The notes below the pieces were generated by a model. That model worked only from the letters and a program-made list of their open reading frames with translations. It ran no database searches and was not told where the DNA came from. 64,000 nt of DNA, from assembly GCA_964199315.1 (NCBI GenBank), contig OZ116702.1:14694001-14758000 (forward strand), read 5' to 3'. The DNA is from Orbicella franksi (lineage: Eukaryota). Position numbers and translations under genes: made by a program. Positions 61,421-64,000 of the stretch are shown one piece after another. The number at the start of each line of letters is the position of its first letter. Within the stretch, counting starts at the first letter, position 1.

Positions 61421-63844
61421 GTATGCATCTCGCCCTCTCTCCTTAGTTTTTTTTCTTTTTTTTCTTTCTTCGGTTCCTTTTTGGGTGTTTGGCGGTCAGA
61501 GAGGTTTATATGTTAGTTATATTGTACTTGTAGGTTTTATTCGAATAAACTTCTCTCTTATGCCAAAAATGAACTGTGTTATTGTGTTATTCTTATCGCG
61601 TTACACATCGGGAATTGGTCCATTTTGGGACTTCCGGCTCAAAATATTTAATTCTCTTTTCAGCGAGAGCGTGCGGATGTTATTGTTAGATAATTGATAG
61701 TATCGAGTATCAATAGCATGCATACTTGCTATATCTCACGTGATTTTTCAGTCGCATTGTAGTTAGTCTTGTTAAGAATGGCTGACTGTTAGGATCGAGA
61801 AACGCCGGTCAACGTCCCATTTGACAAATCGCTCATATTTTGCCCAAAGATACCCTTAGGTGACCTGATTCTAAAAATCATATTTAAAGGTTCCAGCGAA
61901 TTTTTATTTTTCAGAAATTCGCGAAAATTTCAAAGCGTGGTCAAAGTGCGGTTTTTCGTGTAATAAAATGACCGAAATAAGGTGCGAGGACGAAGCGCTG
62001 CTAAAGTCTTAAAATAAACTCAATTGACTTCAAACTTCACACAAATGTGGAACAACCACTCTAATTTATTCCTCGCTTTAAACTAATCTCAGATATGTTG
62101 ATATAGTGGTTTTCCGAACCATTTTAAAAACAGCTATGAAGCGTGTGAAAAATAACGGCAAAATATAGGTCATGTTGAACAGCATAAAAATGGATCTGGT
62201 ACCTCACTTTCCGATTATTTTACTTTACAGCCTTAAAATATCATTATTAAAGATATACCATGCCAAGTTTCATGCTCGAACTCGCAGTATTTCCCTTTGT
62301 GAAAAACGAAAATCTATGTCAATGTGTTGGGCGCAAATAACACAATAATTATGCACGAACCAGAGACAAATCAATTTCAATGGCGAAAGTAAAAGGCTAT
62401 CATTAATTAGAATCCCGTCAATTCACTGCTATCAGTAGAAACATACTGTCCACTGCATAAAAACTGTTTTTAGACGTTTTCGAGCCATTGCGCATTAACT
62501 TTGTTTAATTTCTTGTCCGCCGTCATGTCTGGTTTGTCATCCCGTGTATTTCCTTAATGTCAACAACACGTGAATGGTTGTCATAACAAACGCAAGAGAT
62601 TTCCTGGAACCTTAATGTTTTCGATTCACCAAAACGCTTTAAGTTCGTTAAGACACAATAATGTGTCAACTTGGTATGCTTTTTAGCATCAAGGACGTTA
62701 AAGGACTGTAAATTAATCGAGTTGAAATATCTTGAAGCAAATCAAAATCACACCCTTATTCTAATTTGGTAAACAGCCGATCTCCGCTCAAGTTCAAGAA
62801 GTCGAGGGGTTAATCCGGCAATGTATTACCGGTACAACAACAAAATCAAACCGAGGTCATCAAAAGTGTAAGTTTAAAAGTGTAGTGGCAAGTTCCAAAT
62901 AAATTTCGCCTATATAAATTGGAAACAAGATGTGAAACGGTCTGACCCGAAACAAATAAACAAAATATTAATACGACTAATTTAACCCGAAAATGTTACA
63001 GAAAACATACCTAAAAGCCATCGATTCCCCTCGATACCACTCCGCATTGCTTTAAAGAGCCCAAGCTTTCTGCTGTAAGAATCAGGGGCCTCATGAATCT
63101 GTATTTATTATATCGGCAACCATGCTGCGTGGCTGATATTCGAGATTCAGTAAAAGTTGTCACACAACCGTACGAGCAGCCCAGTCACGCTTTCACTGCT
63201 CTTGCACAAATGTTCAACATTTCGCAATTTACATAAACCGACTACAAGTTTAAAGTAGTGAGAGTAGATTGAAATGCGCTTTTTAAAGCTGTCCTATCGA
63301 GGAACAATTATTTCTTGTTTTTGAATGGCTCTTAGTTGTAGCTACAGTCGGGGAGGGGGGGAGAGGGTATTCCCGGAAATTTCGGATATCTGTATGCCGT
63401 GGAAGATTAAGTGGTCTCCAGCTCTTAACGCCAACACTGAAACACTAGATGATTCTCGAAGTATCACAGGGGTCACTAAGCTAAATAATTTTGAGTGTAG
63501 CACCGCTGAGTCAATTAACCGTTGGCGCGCATATTGCATTGACCGTAGACAGGTGGAAAAACAGTTCAACCGGAAAAGCCTGTTGCACATTGTAATTTAG
63601 CGTTGTCCAACACGCAGTCGGTCTGGTTGTAATGTTAATCGTATTTGAGAGAATCTCAAGTTTTCTTTCGACACATACTGGGGTGACATACTACTAGATG
63701 GGCGTGGCCGGGAGCCACAAGTCAAGTCAGTCAATTTGCCATGCTTAACCGAGAAGAGTGATAGTGAGCCACTAGTGGAAGGACTGCAGATTGTCCCTAC
63801 GCTTTACCCTAATAGGCCTCTGTGTTATTCTAATCAACTGATGC

Positions 63845-63897
63845 TGAGCTCGCTCCAGGGGGGGTGGTGAGATGAGAGACCCTGGGAACGAGGTTGA
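63845..63897. repeat. Short repeat ending GACCCTGGGAACGAGGTTG
   Basis: Same terminus as the repeat ending at 283; the left end is degenerate. Confidence 0.5.
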
Positions 63898-64000
63898 GAC
63901 GATTCGGCCATTAGTTTTTCCTCTTAAGTGTCTTCCTCCTCTACTCTGTCCCCTTCTCTACAAAAAGTTAACGATCCTCCCCCCTCCCCTCCCCCCCTCC

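Larger units (their letters stand above)
56724..61768 (+). mobile_element. Ngaro-like tyrosine-recombinase (DIRS-order) retrotransposon, defective
   Basis: 152-bp direct repeats at 56724-56875 and 61617-61768 enclose gag-like, RT, RNase H and YR coding regions. No methyltransferase seen and no B2 repeat found. Confidence 0.85.

Noticed and set aside
61790-62300. Kolobok/piggyBac-like MITE with TTAA flanks
   Set aside because: The candidate ends are not reverse complements; left as unclassified repeat-like DNA.
1-64000. tRNA, rRNA or intact host genes
   Set aside because: No cloverleaf or rRNA-like segment was recognised; the tRNA-complementary stretches are retrotransposon primer-binding sites. 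A tRNAscan/Infernal run would be needed to exclude them formally.

Overview
AT-rich eukaryotic DNA that is almost entirely nested, mostly dead transposable elements. The repeat repertoire looks cnidarian, probably a stony coral (inference, not database-checked). I found no intact host gene. Main blocks: (1) A 19,974-bp CACTG...CAGTG (EnSpm/CACTA-type) element, 544-20517, that splits a minus-strand zinc-ribbon ORF. It contains a complete 7.4-kb AcademX transposon (with a 1,056-bp solo LTR inside it), a 9-bp-TSD MITE, a full-length Gypsy element, an L2 3' end and SAMD3-like exons. (2) A Penelope-like fragment with a minimal hammerhead ribozyme (21739-21781). (3) A 2.9-kb long-inverted-repeat element and a CR1/L2 LINE. 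(4) A decayed Myb/SANT ORF and a Sola-like transposase. (5) A 19,002-bp Merlin/IS1595-type element, 34160-53161, with an 8-bp TSD. It carries a truncated spliced transposase and, head-to-head with it, a spliced CCDC106-like gene, plus a LINE relic > 9-bp-TSD element > Gypsy stack. (6) A complete two-gene Harbinger. (7) A Ngaro-like tyrosine-recombinase retroelement. The most interesting candidate system is the giant Merlin with its CCDC106-like, HTH-like accessory gene and subterminal repeat arrays. All family assignments come from motifs, termini and TSDs read by eye; no searches were run.
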